Origin: an uncultured Verrucomicrobiae bacterium
Lineage (GTDB): Bacteria > Verrucomicrobiota > Verrucomicrobiia > Limisphaerales > Palsa-1400
Assembly (NCBI GenBank): GCA_963764165.1
Contig: CAVXRD010000001.1
Coordinates: 544,001 to 608,000 of the forward strand
Length of the DNA: 64,000 nt
Direction: 5' to 3'
Part shown: one piece after another, positions 18,279 to 28,561 of the stretch
Position numbering within the stretch: the stretch's first letter is position 1
How the letters are laid out: each line of letters begins with the position of its first letter
Translations under genes and position numbers: made by a program
The notes under the pieces: generated by a model
What the model saw: the letters and a program-made list of their open reading frames with translations, nothing else
What the model was told of the DNA's origin: nothing
The model's database searches: none

Positions 18279-19670
18279 TTAATTCTTTACGGGCCCTGTT
18301 TCCTTGCTCACCCATTCCATTGCGCCTTCTAGCGTTCCAAAGGTTCCTTCCAGTTGCGCTTCGTAGGCCTTCTCCAAAATCTCACCAAGGTGCTTGCCGG
18401 GTTTCAGGCCTATGGCCAGGAGATGCCGGCCTTGCAGTATCGGCGGCGCAGGGCTTTGGCGGACTTCCAACTCGTAGGCCTTGGCCAGCAACGCTTTCAC
18501 ATTTTCGGGGATGACGGCGGGGCGCGGGGGGCGACCCATGCTATCGGCGGACATGACTACGCAAAGGCCTTCGATGTTCTCCGGAGACAGACGGCGGGCG
18601 AGGCGGCGGACGGCGCGGTCGGAAATTGTCTCAAGGTGGAATAAGTGGTTTTGCACCAGTGGGAGGACGCGCTGGACGATTGACACCGGAGTGCGGATGC
18701 GTTCGAGAAACGCGCGGGCGGGTTCGACCCCGGCGCTTTCGTGGCCGGGTGACACGATGCGTTCGCGGCCATCCTTCACGGCACGGTGGGTGCAGCCCGG
18801 TTTTCCGAAATCGTGGGCCAGCACGGCGAGCATGTAGACGGCTTTGGATTCGGGATCGGCAGCTTGCCAGGCGGGGAGCGCCACCATCGCATCGCAGCAA
18901 TGGCAGGTGTGGACGAAAACGTCGCCTTCGGGGTGCCATTCGGGCTCCTGCGGGACGCCCATAAGCGCTTTGATTTCAGGGAAGTGATCGATCCATTCCG
19001 TCTCCGCCAGGAAGCGCAAGCCGGCCGAGGGGCGGCGGCTGCGCTGGGCCCATTTGAACCATTCGTCGCGCACGCGTTCGACGGCCAGTTCGCCAAAACT
19101 GCATTTCATGCGCCGCGAAATCTCGAGCGTCTCGGGCGCGCCGGTGAGATCGAATCGCCCGGCGAATTGCATGCCGCGCAGCACGCGCAACGGGTCTTCG
19201 CCGAACGCCGCGCTCTTGTGGCGAAGAACGCGATTTTGCAAATCTTCCTGCCCGCCGAAAAAATCGAGCGCCTCGCGTTTGCGGGGGTCGTACATGATCG
19301 AGTTGATGGTGAAATCTCGCCGCGCGGCTGCCTCCCGAAGCCCTATGCCGGGCTCGAACGCGACTTCAAATCCCTTGTGGCCGGGAGCGATTTTGGAATC
19401 TTTGCGCGGAAGGGTGAAATCGTATTCGTGCCCGCTTTGGGTGGTGAGCTTGACGACGCCAAAGGAGCGCCCGACCAAATCGGGGCGGCCCCAGCGCGAA
19501 AGGGCGGCGACGAGCTGGTCGCAATCGACGCCGAAGACTTCCACATCGAAGTCTTTCTGATGCGGATGACCAGCCAGGGCGTCGCGAACGCAACCGCCGA
19601 CCAAATAGGCCTGCTGCAATTCCGGTGTTTCTTGGAGGATTTGCTCCAATTCAGCCGGGACGAAATTCAT
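18279..19670 (-). CDS. cca: CCA-adding/poly(A) polymerase family nucleotidyltransferase with HD domain
   Basis: VGGCVRD..DFDVE, RRDFTIN, EDPLRVLR, HPEGDVFVHT, LAHDFGK; start placed at MNFVP. Confidence 0.85.
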   Translation of the reverse strand: MNFVPAELEQILQETPELQQAYLVGGCVRDALAGHPHQKDFDVEVFGVDCDQLVAALSRWGRPDLVGRSFGVVKLTTQSGHEYDFTLPRKDSKIAPGHKGFEVAFEPGIGLREAAARRDFTINSIMYDPRKREALDFFGGQEDLQNRVLRHKSAAFGEDPLRVLRGMQFAGRFDLTGAPETLEISRRMKCSFGELAVERVRDEWFKWAQRSRRPSAGLRFLAETEWIDHFPEIKALMGVPQEPEWHPEGDVFVHTCHCCDAMVALPAWQAADPESKAVYMLAVLAHDFGKPGCTHRAVKDGRERIVSPGHESAGVEPARAFLERIRTPVSIVQRVLPLVQNHLFHLETISDRAVRRLARRLSPENIEGLCVVMSADSMGRPPRPAVIPENVKALLAKAYELEVRQSPAPPILQGRHLLAIGLKPGKHLGEILEKAYEAQLEGTFGTLEGAMEWVSKETGPVKN

Positions 19671-19739
19671 GGGAGGAATGTGACTTATGGAAGCGGTCGA
19701 GGCGAGAAGTATTCGGGCGGTTCGCGGCTCGGAAGATGG

Positions 19740-19875
19740 CGCGGCGGGAATCGCGAAGGGAGCGGTCGGAGAGGGCGCCGACCGCGACACGCGAGGCGCG
19801 TGTGCTCCCCAGGCCTTTAATTCCAGGGAGCGCACGCGCCCCCGCGTGCAGCGGGACGCGCCTCGCGTCGCGCAT
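19740..19875. repeat. GC-rich palindromic intergenic repeats (GGGAGCGCACGCGCC type)
   Basis: GAGGCGCGTGTGCTCCCC and inverted GGGAGCGCACGCGCCCCCGCGTGC. Confidence 0.55.
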
Positions 19876-19947
19876 CCCATTTTAACACCAAAACGGTTCC
19901 TTGGCAGCCTCGCCCTGCCACGCGTTGTTCTCTTTTCCCCTCTTGGG

Positions 19948-20901
19948 CTACCGCATTGGTGGGGGCATCGTGCCGGACGAGTTGGCGGAGGTGCGGTCGC
20001 GCATCCAAAGCCAGTCGCGGAAGTCTGCCTCGTTCTTGATCGGGCCGCCTTTGCCGGTTTTGGGCTGCACGCTTAACCATTGGTGCGACTCCGAATGGCC
20101 GTCGGCAAAAGCAAAGCCACAGCCGCCGTTATGGTATGTTCCTGGCGCATCCCTCCATTGCGCCAACTCCATTCCAAAGGCGAAGGCGGCGTCGTTGAGA
20201 TTCTTGACATCTTCGTCCACCAGCACCCACAGCCCCGATGGGCCCGGCGCGCGAATGCCGGACATTTTCCCGTACGTATACCAAGGCTGGTCGCGCTTGT
20301 GCGTTCGCTGGTTATTGAGCCACGGTCCGTTCACCGGCAGCGTCGGAGCGCCGACGTGCAACGGCGTGCCTCCCCCGATCCCATTCTCATATTGATCGTA
20401 GCCCGCGCAAATGGTTCCAACGGCCTGGCTCATGGAAAATGTTCGCGCGGCGGGAACGGTCTTTCCGATCATCGAGGGGTCGCTTCCTTGATAAGGGCCC
20501 AGCCGCAAATCCGCCGGGCAATGAAACACGCTGACGCTGCCGTGCAAATACGAAGCAAGCAGGCTGCGCGACTGGTCGCGGAGAATGTCGGGATTGAACT
20601 CCGCGCTTTGACCAATGCCCGCGCTCCCGCTGCACCAATTGTGGCCGGGGATGGTGTTGCCGTCGTCCGGGTTTGGAGGAAAGAGATCGTGAAAATCAGA
20701 GGTATACATGGTCATCGCCGTCATCATCTGCTTTCCGTTGCCGAGGCAATAAGTTTGCTGCGCCTTTTGCTTGCCCTTGGAGAGCGCCGGCAAGACCAAT
20801 GCGGCCAGAATTCCAATGATCGCGATCACCACGAGCATTTCAGTGAGCGTGAAGGCTTCATCATTGGTGGCGGTGCGCGCCCGCGCATTTCGAATCTTCA
20901 T
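19948..20901 (-). CDS. Prepilin-type N-terminal cleavage/methylation protein with H-X9-DG motif
   Basis: AFTLTEMLVVIAIIGILAA; YHNGGCGFAFADGHSE; start placed at MKIRN. Confidence 0.9.
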   Translation of the reverse strand: MKIRNARARTATNDEAFTLTEMLVVIAIIGILAALVLPALSKGKQKAQQTYCLGNGKQMMTAMTMYTSDFHDLFPPNPDDGNTIPGHNWCSGSAGIGQSAEFNPDILRDQSRSLLASYLHGSVSVFHCPADLRLGPYQGSDPSMIGKTVPAARTFSMSQAVGTICAGYDQYENGIGGGTPLHVGAPTLPVNGPWLNNQRTHKRDQPWYTYGKMSGIRAPGPSGLWVLVDEDVKNLNDAAFAFGMELAQWRDAPGTYHNGGCGFAFADGHSESHQWLSVQPKTGKGGPIKNEADFRDWLWMRDRTSANSSGTMPPPMR

Positions 20902-20903
20902 AT

Positions 20904-21962
20904 TCAATTCGGCTTCGGTTGGCGGTTCAAACTTGCTTCCAATGCCAGCGTAGCGGCGTTCCAAATTTTGATCGTGTAGTCGTCCCTGCACGCCGTGGCA
21001 ATGCGCGAGCCGTCTGGTGAATAGGCCAAACCAAAACATTCTCCTGTGTGTGCGGTGACCGAGTTTATCATTTTGCCGGTCTGCGGATCCCACAGCACCA
21101 AGGTGCCGTCGGCATAGAGAGTGGCGAGCGTTTTGTCGTCCGGCGAAAACGCGATGTTGTTGACTTCCCCGGCGCAGGCAATGTCCTCTTTGACGGTTTT
21201 GGCGGCGGTTTTCCACAGGCGAAGAGTTGTGCGCGATCCCGAGGCAAACATGGAACCGTCGTGCGAAAATGTGACATACTCCGCCCTTTGGCTGCCGGGT
21301 TTCCCATTGAACGGCTCCAGCGCCACCGGCTCGCCGGAACTGGCCATCGTGAAAAAGTAAAGTTTCCCGCTGCGCGTGGCGCCAACGACGAAGGCGCCAT
21401 CCGGTGAAATGGCCACGCTGAGAAATTTCTCGCCCTGGACCAAAAGCAGACGCTGTTCCTTCCCGTCTGCGTTCCAAGTGTCGATCGTGCCGTCAAATGT
21501 GGCGCTGGCAACAAGCTGGCAATCGTCCGAGATGGCAACCGCGTTCACCTGGCTGGCTGGCGGAGAGAATATTCGCAGAGGTTTTCCGTCTATGGGATCA
21601 ACTAGTTTAGTCATCCCGGCAAAATCTCCGATGGCGATGAATTTCCCATTTTTTGCCCATGCAACACTGCGGATGCTGCCAATCTGCCGAACGACTTTCG
21701 CCCGGCGATCACCGATTTTCCAGAACACCAGCTCGCCAGGCTTCGGAGGGCGCTGCGGACCGGTCTGGCCTGTGGAGGCCACCACAGTATTGCCATCGGG
21801 AGAAAAACAGGTGGCCCAATATTTTTCCGGCGGAGGTTCTGGTGCTGAAGACTTGATAAGCCACCAGACGACACCGCCGATGACGGCAAGAAACGCCAAT
21901 GCAAGCCCCAATGCCATTGGCCCAATTCTTCGGCGTGAACTGCCTGGTATCATGCCACTCAT
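20904..21962 (-). CDS. Membrane-anchored WD40 repeat protein
   Basis: N-terminal TM; repeated FSPDG...W[DN] blades. Confidence 0.9.
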   Translation of the reverse strand: MSGMIPGSSRRRIGPMALGLALAFLAVIGGVVWWLIKSSAPEPPPEKYWATCFSPDGNTVVASTGQTGPQRPPKPGELVFWKIGDRRAKVVRQIGSIRSVAWAKNGKFIAIGDFAGMTKLVDPIDGKPLRIFSPPASQVNAVAISDDCQLVASATFDGTIDTWNADGKEQRLLLVQGEKFLSVAISPDGAFVVGATRSGKLYFFTMASSGEPVALEPFNGKPGSQRAEYVTFSHDGSMFASGSRTTLRLWKTAAKTVKEDIACAGEVNNIAFSPDDKTLATLYADGTLVLWDPQTGKMINSVTAHTGECFGLAYSPDGSRIATACRDDYTIKIWNAATLALEASLNRQPKPN

Positions 21963-22147
21963 GCAGATGCAAAAGGTTCGCTGCGCGCAAAGGTCTCGTT
22001 GCAGTCAAACAAATCTGGAATTGCTTCGGTCGATGATGGGGCGGCGGCGGATGAGAGTCAAGCGGTGGATCAATGCAACAAGGCGTCGAAGGCATCATGG
22101 AAATTTGGGCTGGCTCCCATGTCCGTTTCCGTTCTCAATGAACGCGC

Positions 22148-22963
22148 ATGCGTTTCGCCATCTGCAACGAGATTTTCCAAGGCTGGCCGCACGAGGACGT
22201 GATTGGTTACTGCGCCCGGCTCGGCTACAGCGGAATTGAGATTGCCCCGTTCACGCTTGGAAAAACGGTGAACGACTTTTCCGCGGCGCAACGGCGTGGC
22301 TTGCGCGATTCGGCTCAGCGCGCTGGAATCGCCCTCTGCGGATTGCATTGGCTGCTGGCCAAAACGGAAGGGCTTTATCTGAATCACCCGGACGAACAAA
22401 TCCGCTCGCGCACCGACCAGTATTTGTGCGATTTGGTCGATTGCTGCGCCGATCTCGGCGGCAAAACGCTTGTGCTGGGCTCTCCGCAGCAGCGCAATGT
22501 CCTGCCCGGAGTCACGCCGGAGCAGGCGCTGGAATTAGCGGAGAAAACGCTCCAGGCAGCCGTGCGGCGGGCGGAGGAATTGAATGTCGTCATTTGCTTC
22601 GAGCCACTTTCGCCAGCGGAAACGAATTTCATCAACACAGCGGCGGAAGCCATCGACTTCGCGAACCGATTTTCCAGCGCCGCGATGAAAATCATTCTGG
22701 ACGTCAAGGCGATGTGTTCCGAAACGGCGCCGATTCCGCGGATCATTCACGATTCGTGGCCGCACTTCGCCCATTTCCACGCCAACGACAAGAACCTCAA
22801 GGGACCGGGCTTTGGCGAAGTCGATTTTGTCCCCATCGCGGCGGCATTGCAGGAGGTGGCGTATGACGGATTTGTCTCTGTCGAGGTGTTTAAGTTTGAT
22901 GAAGGGCCGCAGGTGATTGCCGAGCGCAGCCTCGAATATCTCCAGCAAACGTTCAGCCTCTAA
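22148..22963 (+). CDS. Sugar phosphate isomerase/epimerase (tagatose 3-epimerase-like TIM barrel)
   Basis: FEPL..ETNFIN, HFHAND..GPG.G, VSVEVF. Confidence 0.85.
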   Translation: MRFAICNEIFQGWPHEDVIGYCARLGYSGIEIAPFTLGKTVNDFSAAQRRGLRDSAQRAGIALCGLHWLLAKTEGLYLNHPDEQIRSRTDQYLCDLVDCCADLGGKTLVLGSPQQRNVLPGVTPEQALELAEKTLQAAVRRAEELNVVICFEPLSPAETNFINTAAEAIDFANRFSSAAMKIILDVKAMCSETAPIPRIIHDSWPHFAHFHANDKNLKGPGFGEVDFVPIAAALQEVAYDGFVSVEVFKFDEGPQVIAERSLEYLQQTFSL

Positions 22964-22966
22964 TTT

Positions 22967-23100
22967 TAGAGGGACGCCTCGGCGAGGTGTTGGGGGCAAC
23001 ACAAGAATGCCACAGAACTCGGATCTTTCGCCCAGCCATTGCAAAGATGGTTGCGTCCGAATATGCCGCATCCTCGGACGCCTCCGCGAGGCGTCCCTGC
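22967..23100. repeat. Degenerate REP doublet, family A
   Basis: TAGAGGGACGCCTCGGCGAGGTGT and GGACGCCTCCGCGAGGCGTCCCTGC. Confidence 0.7.
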
Positions 23101-23185
23101 TCAGACCCTAATCGCGACGCCAAGACGTCCGCGCTCCGACGTGCGCCTTGTTGACCCTAGTTCTTAATGTGCCTAGTTTGCTTCC

Positions 23186-24052
23186 ATGAAATCTCTTTAT
23201 GGTGCTGTCTTTGGTGTTTTTCTGTCATGGAACCTTTTTGCGGCGGGAGCGGATGCCGGGGTCGGGCCGAGTTTCAAGGGGCCATTGGGGTTGCAAATGT
23301 ATTCCCTGCGATTTTATTCGCCCACGAACCTCCTATCGCAAATCGACAAAGTTCACGAATACGGCTTCAAAACTATTGAAGGCGGCGCGCCGGGACGCGG
23401 AATGTCACAAGACGAATTCTTCCACGAACTCGATAAACGCGGAATCAAATTGGTGAGCACTGGCGTGGATTACGGGCGGTTGAAATCCAACCCGGACGCT
23501 GTGGTTGAGCAGGTCAAAAAGCTGGGTGTCAAATATGTGATGTGTTCCTGGATTCCACATGACAAGGGGGTGTTCACAGAGAAAAATGCGCGGGAAGCCA
23601 TTGAGGTTTTCAATGCTGCCGGCCCGAAATTCAAGGATGCGGGGATCGTCTTTACGTATCACTGCCACGGTTATGAATTTCAACCTTTTGGTAACGGGAC
23701 GCTGTTTGATCTGATTGTCAGGGAAACGAAACCTGACTCCGTTTTCTTTGAACTGGATGTGTTTTGGGCCCAGCAAGGAGGAGCCGATCCGGCGAAACTG
23801 CTCGCCCAATATGGCTCGCGCTTCAAGCTGATGCATGTGAAGGACCTTCGAAAAGGCGCGGCCAAGAATTTCACCGGTGGCGCGCCTGATCAAGATAGTG
23901 TTCCTGTGGGCCAAGGCGAAGTGGATTGGAAAGCTGTGCTGAGAGCTGCCGAACAAGCGCACGTTGAACATTACTTCATCGAAGACGAGGCCAAGGACGC
24001 CGCCGATCAAATCCCAAAATCATTGCGCTATTTGGAGACGCTGCAGTGGTGA
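23186..24052 (+). CDS. Exported sugar phosphate isomerase/epimerase family protein
   Basis: Signal peptide; GLQMYSLR, YHCHGYEF, ELDVFW, HVKD, IEDE. Confidence 0.85.
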   Translation: MKSLYGAVFGVFLSWNLFAAGADAGVGPSFKGPLGLQMYSLRFYSPTNLLSQIDKVHEYGFKTIEGGAPGRGMSQDEFFHELDKRGIKLVSTGVDYGRLKSNPDAVVEQVKKLGVKYVMCSWIPHDKGVFTEKNAREAIEVFNAAGPKFKDAGIVFTYHCHGYEFQPFGNGTLFDLIVRETKPDSVFFELDVFWAQQGGADPAKLLAQYGSRFKLMHVKDLRKGAAKNFTGGAPDQDSVPVGQGEVDWKAVLRAAEQAHVEHYFIEDEAKDAADQIPKSLRYLETLQW

Positions 24053-24080
24053 GGATCGGAAGGGAATTAGCCGCAGATTC

Positions 24081-24096
24081 ACACAGATCAACACAG
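24081..24096 (+). repeat. Left 16-bp direct repeat (att core) ACACAGATCAACACAG
   Basis: Identical copy at 40767-40782. Confidence 0.85.
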
Positions 24097-24330
24097 TCTG
24101 TATATCGAATTCAGGCACGAGGAGAATACGGGTTTTCCCTCTGAAAATCAATGAAAATTCGCCGCAACTCGCCACTATTTTCGTTAATTTTCCGGTGCTT
24201 TTACTTGCAGTTTTACTGACAGTGACACGATGGCAAACTGAATGTTGAACGGCTCACGCAACCGCGCGGGCGCACTTCGCCCAGCATATGAGTTTGACCC
24301 ACGTCGCGTTCTGTCTACTATCACGCCAGC

Positions 24331-24672
24331 GTGAATGACGACACGTTTCGGTTTCGCTTCTGCAAGTTGATCGGCTGTCCCGCTGAAGAATATAAAGAGA
24401 GGGCGCTGAAAGAGTGCCTTTATCTCCACGCGCGACGCGTGGCCCCGCTCTTGCGTCTGGTGGTTCCCGCTCTTTTCGCAAAAGATCACGATTTCATACG
24501 CTACCTTGGCGACAAAACAACACGGTGGGACGCACGCGTTGAAATCATCTCTTTTCAGGAATCGAATCGCGAAGCAGGTTTCCTTCGCCGCGTGCTCTGG
24601 ATTCGGATATCGGGTCGTAAAGCCAGTTTTTTGGCATCGCGGATTCTAGGACGGGAAGAAGATCAACAGTAA
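24331..24672 (+). CDS. Hypothetical protein
   Basis: 113-aa ORF with GTG start. Confidence 0.55.
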   Translation: MNDDTFRFRFCKLIGCPAEEYKERALKECLYLHARRVAPLLRLVVPALFAKDHDFIRYLGDKTTRWDARVEIISFQESNREAGFLRRVLWIRISGRKASFLASRILGREEDQQ

Positions 24673-24694
24673 CAATTCTTCGCAGTCGCCTCGA

Positions 24695-25030
24695 CTAAAG
24701 CGTCGTCTTGCCTGCGGCCCTCACCTTCGCCCATCGGGCGCGGGCGGCTGCGGCAATCTTGGCCCTGGCTTCCGGGCTGCTACGACCGTCTTTCTTTTTG
24801 GTGGCTTTAGCGGAAGCGTTGCCTTTCATTTTCGCCCAGCGGGCACGCTGCGCGGCTGCAATCCGTGCTTTGCCTCCAGCACTCATCCCGCCCGACTTTG
24901 CCTTGGTAGGAGATGGTAATTCGGCACCACCGGCTATCAAAGCCAGTTCGCTGTTCAATCGTTCAATTTGTTCTTTAATCGCCAGCACGCGGCGAAGCTG
25001 GTCTGTCGTCAAACTCGAAATAGTCGTCAT
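24695..25030 (-). CDS. Small basic putative DNA-binding protein
   Basis: N-terminal coiled coil and two repeats, KARIAAAQRARWAK and RAKIAAAARARWAK. Confidence 0.75.
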   Translation of the reverse strand: MTTISSLTTDQLRRVLAIKEQIERLNSELALIAGGAELPSPTKAKSGGMSAGGKARIAAAQRARWAKMKGNASAKATKKKDGRSSPEARAKIAAAARARWAKVRAAGKTTL

Positions 25031-25105
25031 TATGTCACATTTAAGTTTCAATGCCGCTATCAGTCAAAGCGAAACGCGGATTTTATTACGATAACTGGGC
25101 CGTGT

Positions 25106-25144
25106 TAAAAAAAACAAAACCGAGCACGCCACTCAGCGTGCCCG
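25106..25144 (-). terminator. Intrinsic terminator-like hairpin
   Basis: On the minus strand CCGGGCACGC-loop-GCGTGCTCGG is followed by a T tract. Confidence 0.5.
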
Positions 25145-25454
25145 GGTGAAAACTAACTTACTGCGCCGCAAACCGTATTGAAAATGACACGTATTGTCTG
25201 CAAGGGAACCCTGCTTTTTCTTGTACTGAAGCCCCTCGCATCCTCAATTGCGTTTAAGTCGGATGCGAACAAACCGAGTCCCAGAGGTCAAAGACCTTTG
25301 GCGGGCAAGGTTTGGGAAGGAAGCCACCTTCCCAATAAAACGAAAATGCCCCGCGTAAGAGCGGGGCGCGATTTTTTTTCGATGGTCAATCCTCCCCCGG
25401 CATCATTATCCCATTGCCGCAATCATTGAAGCTTCCGTTTCGACTGCAGTTATC

Positions 25455-25688
25455 ATGATTTACACCTTTGTTCCACGACCGGTGATTACGGCAACGGCGT
25501 TGGAGAGTGGATTTCTTAGCATTAACGTAGGAGCGATAACGGCAAACTCACGCGTTGTGCTTCAAAGCAGTTCGGACTTAGTCAACTGGATTTGCATTGG
25601 GACAAATACGCCAAGCGGACCCGACACAACGTTCAATTTATCGCCCACAAATGCCGGGAGTTACTTTAGGGTTTTCGTGCCAAACTAA
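25455..25688 (+). pseudogene. C-terminal remnant of a secreted protein
   Basis: LQSSSDLVNW...YFRV resembles internal modules of 30802-34119 (YSSTNLSNW); no signal peptide or upstream domain. Confidence 0.5.
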
Positions 25689-25704
25689 TCGACCCAGTAA
25701 TTGT

Positions 25705-27804
25705 ATGCCCTCAATCGCCAAAGAATTATTAGAGAGTTTAGTTCCTGCTCCCTATCTCGTGATCGTAATTGGAACGCTGCTCGCCATTCTACTAGTTGTA
25801 GAGTTTGTGCTTAATCCCGACCTTTGGGGCAGGCTGCGAAAGGCATGGAAGCCTCTTGGTATAATTGCTATTTGCGCCGCCGCGTCGGTGTGTTTGACAT
25901 GGTATTTCCGTGGCGTATTTATGCGGTCACCGGCGGCCCGAACTGTGATCGTTGTTCCAAAATTCCCGGGCGATACAGGCGCGGTTCAACGGGACATCGT
26001 GAACAGCCTTTTAATTGAGTCTCTCAAACTGCAGATCACCAATCTAACCGTCCTCGCGGTTGACGATGTGCTCGATGGCGCTCCTGACTTCGGGGAAGCG
26101 GCGGACGAGAAAGCTCGCAGCATCGGAAGGAAATATAGGGCGTCTTTAGTCCTTTGGGGGGGAGGAATTGGCAGCAGCGGGAAACTGTGGGGGAGAATCA
26201 CAATTACCGACGCGACGGAATTCTTCATGAACAATTATCAACTGGGGCCACAAGCCGTAAATGTGATCCCGCTTCCGGACATTTTGATCCATAAGCCGAT
26301 CCGCCTGGCTCTCATCGCAAGCGGGCTGGCCGCCATTGGGCAAGGGCACTGCGATCTGGCTTTATCGAAGTTTCAACAAGCAACAAACGAACAAGGCTTA
26401 GAATCAAACGAGCTTGCCGCGTGTGCGTTCTACGCCGCAACTTGTCATCTTCGACTGGCCGAACTTACGAACAAGCCTGAGGATGAAGTGATTTATGCCG
26501 CGGATGATTTTCACCTTGCAGCAAAACTCTTTGGCGTCGCAAAAATGACAGAGGGAGAGGTGACCGCTGCCAACAATGAGGCGTATGCCTTGTGGCTTGA
26601 GATTAACCACGCAAAGCCTGAGAAAATTCCTACCCTGCTCAGCAATGCTGTTGATGTCTATAAAGATGCTGAGGGTAAGGTGGACAGGGTGAAGAGCATT
26701 AGGACTTACGGAGTTATTTTGGGTAATAAAGGCGCTGCATTACGCGACTTATCGCTTTTTAGCGGAACGAATTGCCCGGTTATTCTCGCGGACGCAATTC
26801 GGACGTATACGAACGCACTCGCGATTCTTGACGACGGAAGCAATCCTGCTGAGTGCGCGGCGATCCGAAACAACCTTGCAGTGGCGATGCAAGATTTGGC
26901 GGATTACAGCCTGGGAACAAACGTGGCTCTATGCCTTGCCGAATCGACGAAATCGATTGATCTTGCTTTGCGCGAGCGCAATAGTGGTAAGGAACTCGCA
27001 GAGAAGGCTTGTTCGTCGGCAACAATGGCGGCAAACCGATACAAGGTTGCGGCGCATCTTGGGGAATCCGAGGCATGGAGTGAGCTTGCGCTGGCAAGAG
27101 CCGATTGCCGCGAGGCACTTAGGTTCTATGGGCCCGGCAGGATGCCGGATCAATGGATAATCACTTTGAGTTTAAGTGCGGATATTTCGATAGCGCAGGC
27201 GTTAAGGCGACCGCCAACAGAACGACTTTCTTTGCTTAATGAGGCAGTGACGAATTATGCTAAAATACTGGCATTTACGGAGTCCGAAAAGTCGAAGCTA
27301 CAGCACGCTTACGCTCTTAATAACTTCGCAACTGCGCTGAGATATTTATCGATCTCCAGCCCGAGTGATGCCGTCGCGCTATTAAAGGCATCGGCGAAGA
27401 ATTTCGAGGCAGCCGTATCTATCTACGATGTCAAAGGACTCGTTTTGCAGTCCGTGAGAGTCAAGGACAATTTGGGCGTGGTCTGGTCTGATTTGGCGAA
27501 GCTTTCTAGCGGATCAGCGAAAGTCGCGTATTTGACGAACGCAATTGCTACACACGAGGATGTGCTGCGTTTTGTTAGCAAGGATAATTTTGCTCAAGAT
27601 TGGGCGTACGTCGAGTGTAACTACGGCAGCGATCTGTGTGCGATGGCTTCACTCATGAATGGCAAGCAGGCAAAGTCTTTCCGTGATCGCGGGATTATTG
27701 CGTATCAAAGAGCCTTAACTGTATTCGATCCGAGACATTTTCCTTATGAGTTCGACATAGTTATAAAGAAGCTACATCATGAGCAATCGGCTCCGAATAT
27801 CTGA
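25705..27804 (+). CDS. Membrane-anchored TPR repeat protein
   Basis: Two N-terminal TMs; repeated NNL[AG]..L..L helical repeats; start placed at MPSIA. Confidence 0.75.
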   Translation: MPSIAKELLESLVPAPYLVIVIGTLLAILLVVEFVLNPDLWGRLRKAWKPLGIIAICAAASVCLTWYFRGVFMRSPAARTVIVVPKFPGDTGAVQRDIVNSLLIESLKLQITNLTVLAVDDVLDGAPDFGEAADEKARSIGRKYRASLVLWGGGIGSSGKLWGRITITDATEFFMNNYQLGPQAVNVIPLPDILIHKPIRLALIASGLAAIGQGHCDLALSKFQQATNEQGLESNELAACAFYAATCHLRLAELTNKPEDEVIYAADDFHLAAKLFGVAKMTEGEVTAANNEAYALWLEINHAKPEKIPTLLSNAVDVYKDAEGKVDRVKSIRTYGVILGNKGAALRDLSLFSGTNCPVILADAIRTYTNALAILDDGSNPAECAAIRNNLAVAMQDLADYSLGTNVALCLAESTKSIDLALRERNSGKELAEKACSSATMAANRYKVAAHLGESEAWSELALARADCREALRFYGPGRMPDQWIITLSLSADISIAQALRRPPTERLSLLNEAVTNYAKILAFTESEKSKLQHAYALNNFATALRYLSISSPSDAVALLKASAKNFEAAVSIYDVKGLVLQSVRVKDNLGVVWSDLAKLSSGSAKVAYLTNAIATHEDVLRFVSKDNFAQDWAYVECNYGSDLCAMASLMNGKQAKSFRDRGIIAYQRALTVFDPRHFPYEFDIVIKKLHHEQSAPNI

Positions 27805-27899
27805 CACGAGTTTCTGGGAAGCCGTGTTGCGGAAAATGATTTGCGTAAAAGAGAGCGATCGGAGTTGAGGTTAATAGGCAGTCAGTATTTCCAATTGAA

Positions 27900-27927
27900 T
27901 GAACCGAAATGCGCGGATTTTGATTCA
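27900..27927 (+). other. Tyrosine recombinase site: TGAACCGAAAT-GCGCGG-ATTTTGATTCA
   Basis: 11-bp inverted arms (9/11 match) around a 6-bp asymmetric spacer. Confidence 0.75.
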
Positions 27928-27937
27928 CAAGAAAAAA

Positions 27938-28558
27938 CTACGCCTGCCCAGAATTTTGACAAGGCTTTTTCTTCGATTTTGTCATGGCCGCCCAAACCCT
28001 TCTGGCCAAGTCCCGTTCCTCGTCGCCGCTTGCATGTAGGTAAATTTCCGTTGTTTCGAGACGCGCGTGACCGAGCCATTTTTTGATAGTGGTCAAAGGC
28101 ACATCTTGCGAAACGCAGGTGATGGCGAAACCGTGGCGCAACCCTTTGGGCGAGGCCATTGCGCCGTTAATGCCTACTTCTGCCATCCGAATTTTAATGA
28201 GACGGTACGCCGTAGGCCGAGACACATTCCAAACGCGGGCTGAAGGTTGCAGCCGCGCTACGAGTTGCCGCAGTAACGTCACAAGGCTGTCAGGGACGGG
28301 CACCGCCCGGAAGCAACCCGGCTTGCGCCGCTTCATTGTCTCAAAGACCAAGGATTTTGCACGAATGTCAACGCGCCCAGCCGTCATATTCAGCGCTTCC
28401 GAGATTCGACAGCCGGTGTAAAGCAGCGTAAGACAAAAGGCCCGGGCGGAACTGTCAGGATCATCGTCAACCGCTCGCAAAAAGGCCTTTTGCTCAGCGC
28501 CATTTAGATACTTCCGAGTGCCCTGCCGGTCGAACAAGTCTGTCTGCTGCGCACTCAC
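27938..28558 (-). CDS. Small FimB/FimE-sized tyrosine recombinase (catalytic domain only)
   Basis: TGCRISEAL, KGLRHGFA, WLGHARLETTEIY; probable GTG start at 28558. Confidence 0.9.
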   Translation of the reverse strand: MSAQQTDLFDRQGTRKYLNGAEQKAFLRAVDDDPDSSARAFCLTLLYTGCRISEALNMTAGRVDIRAKSLVFETMKRRKPGCFRAVPVPDSLVTLLRQLVARLQPSARVWNVSRPTAYRLIKIRMAEVGINGAMASPKGLRHGFAITCVSQDVPLTTIKKWLGHARLETTEIYLHASGDEERDLARRVWAAMTKSKKKPCQNSGQA

Positions 28559-28561
28559 GGG

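Noticed and set aside
20902..21477. N-terminal extension of the pilin-like ORF
   Set aside because: It overlaps the WD40 gene in another frame, and the cleavage motif should be near the N-terminus.
27900..27927. Chromosomal dif (XerCD) site
   Set aside because: The 11-6-11 geometry fits, but the XerD-arm consensus TTATGTTAAAT is absent and the site is paired around a local recombinase.
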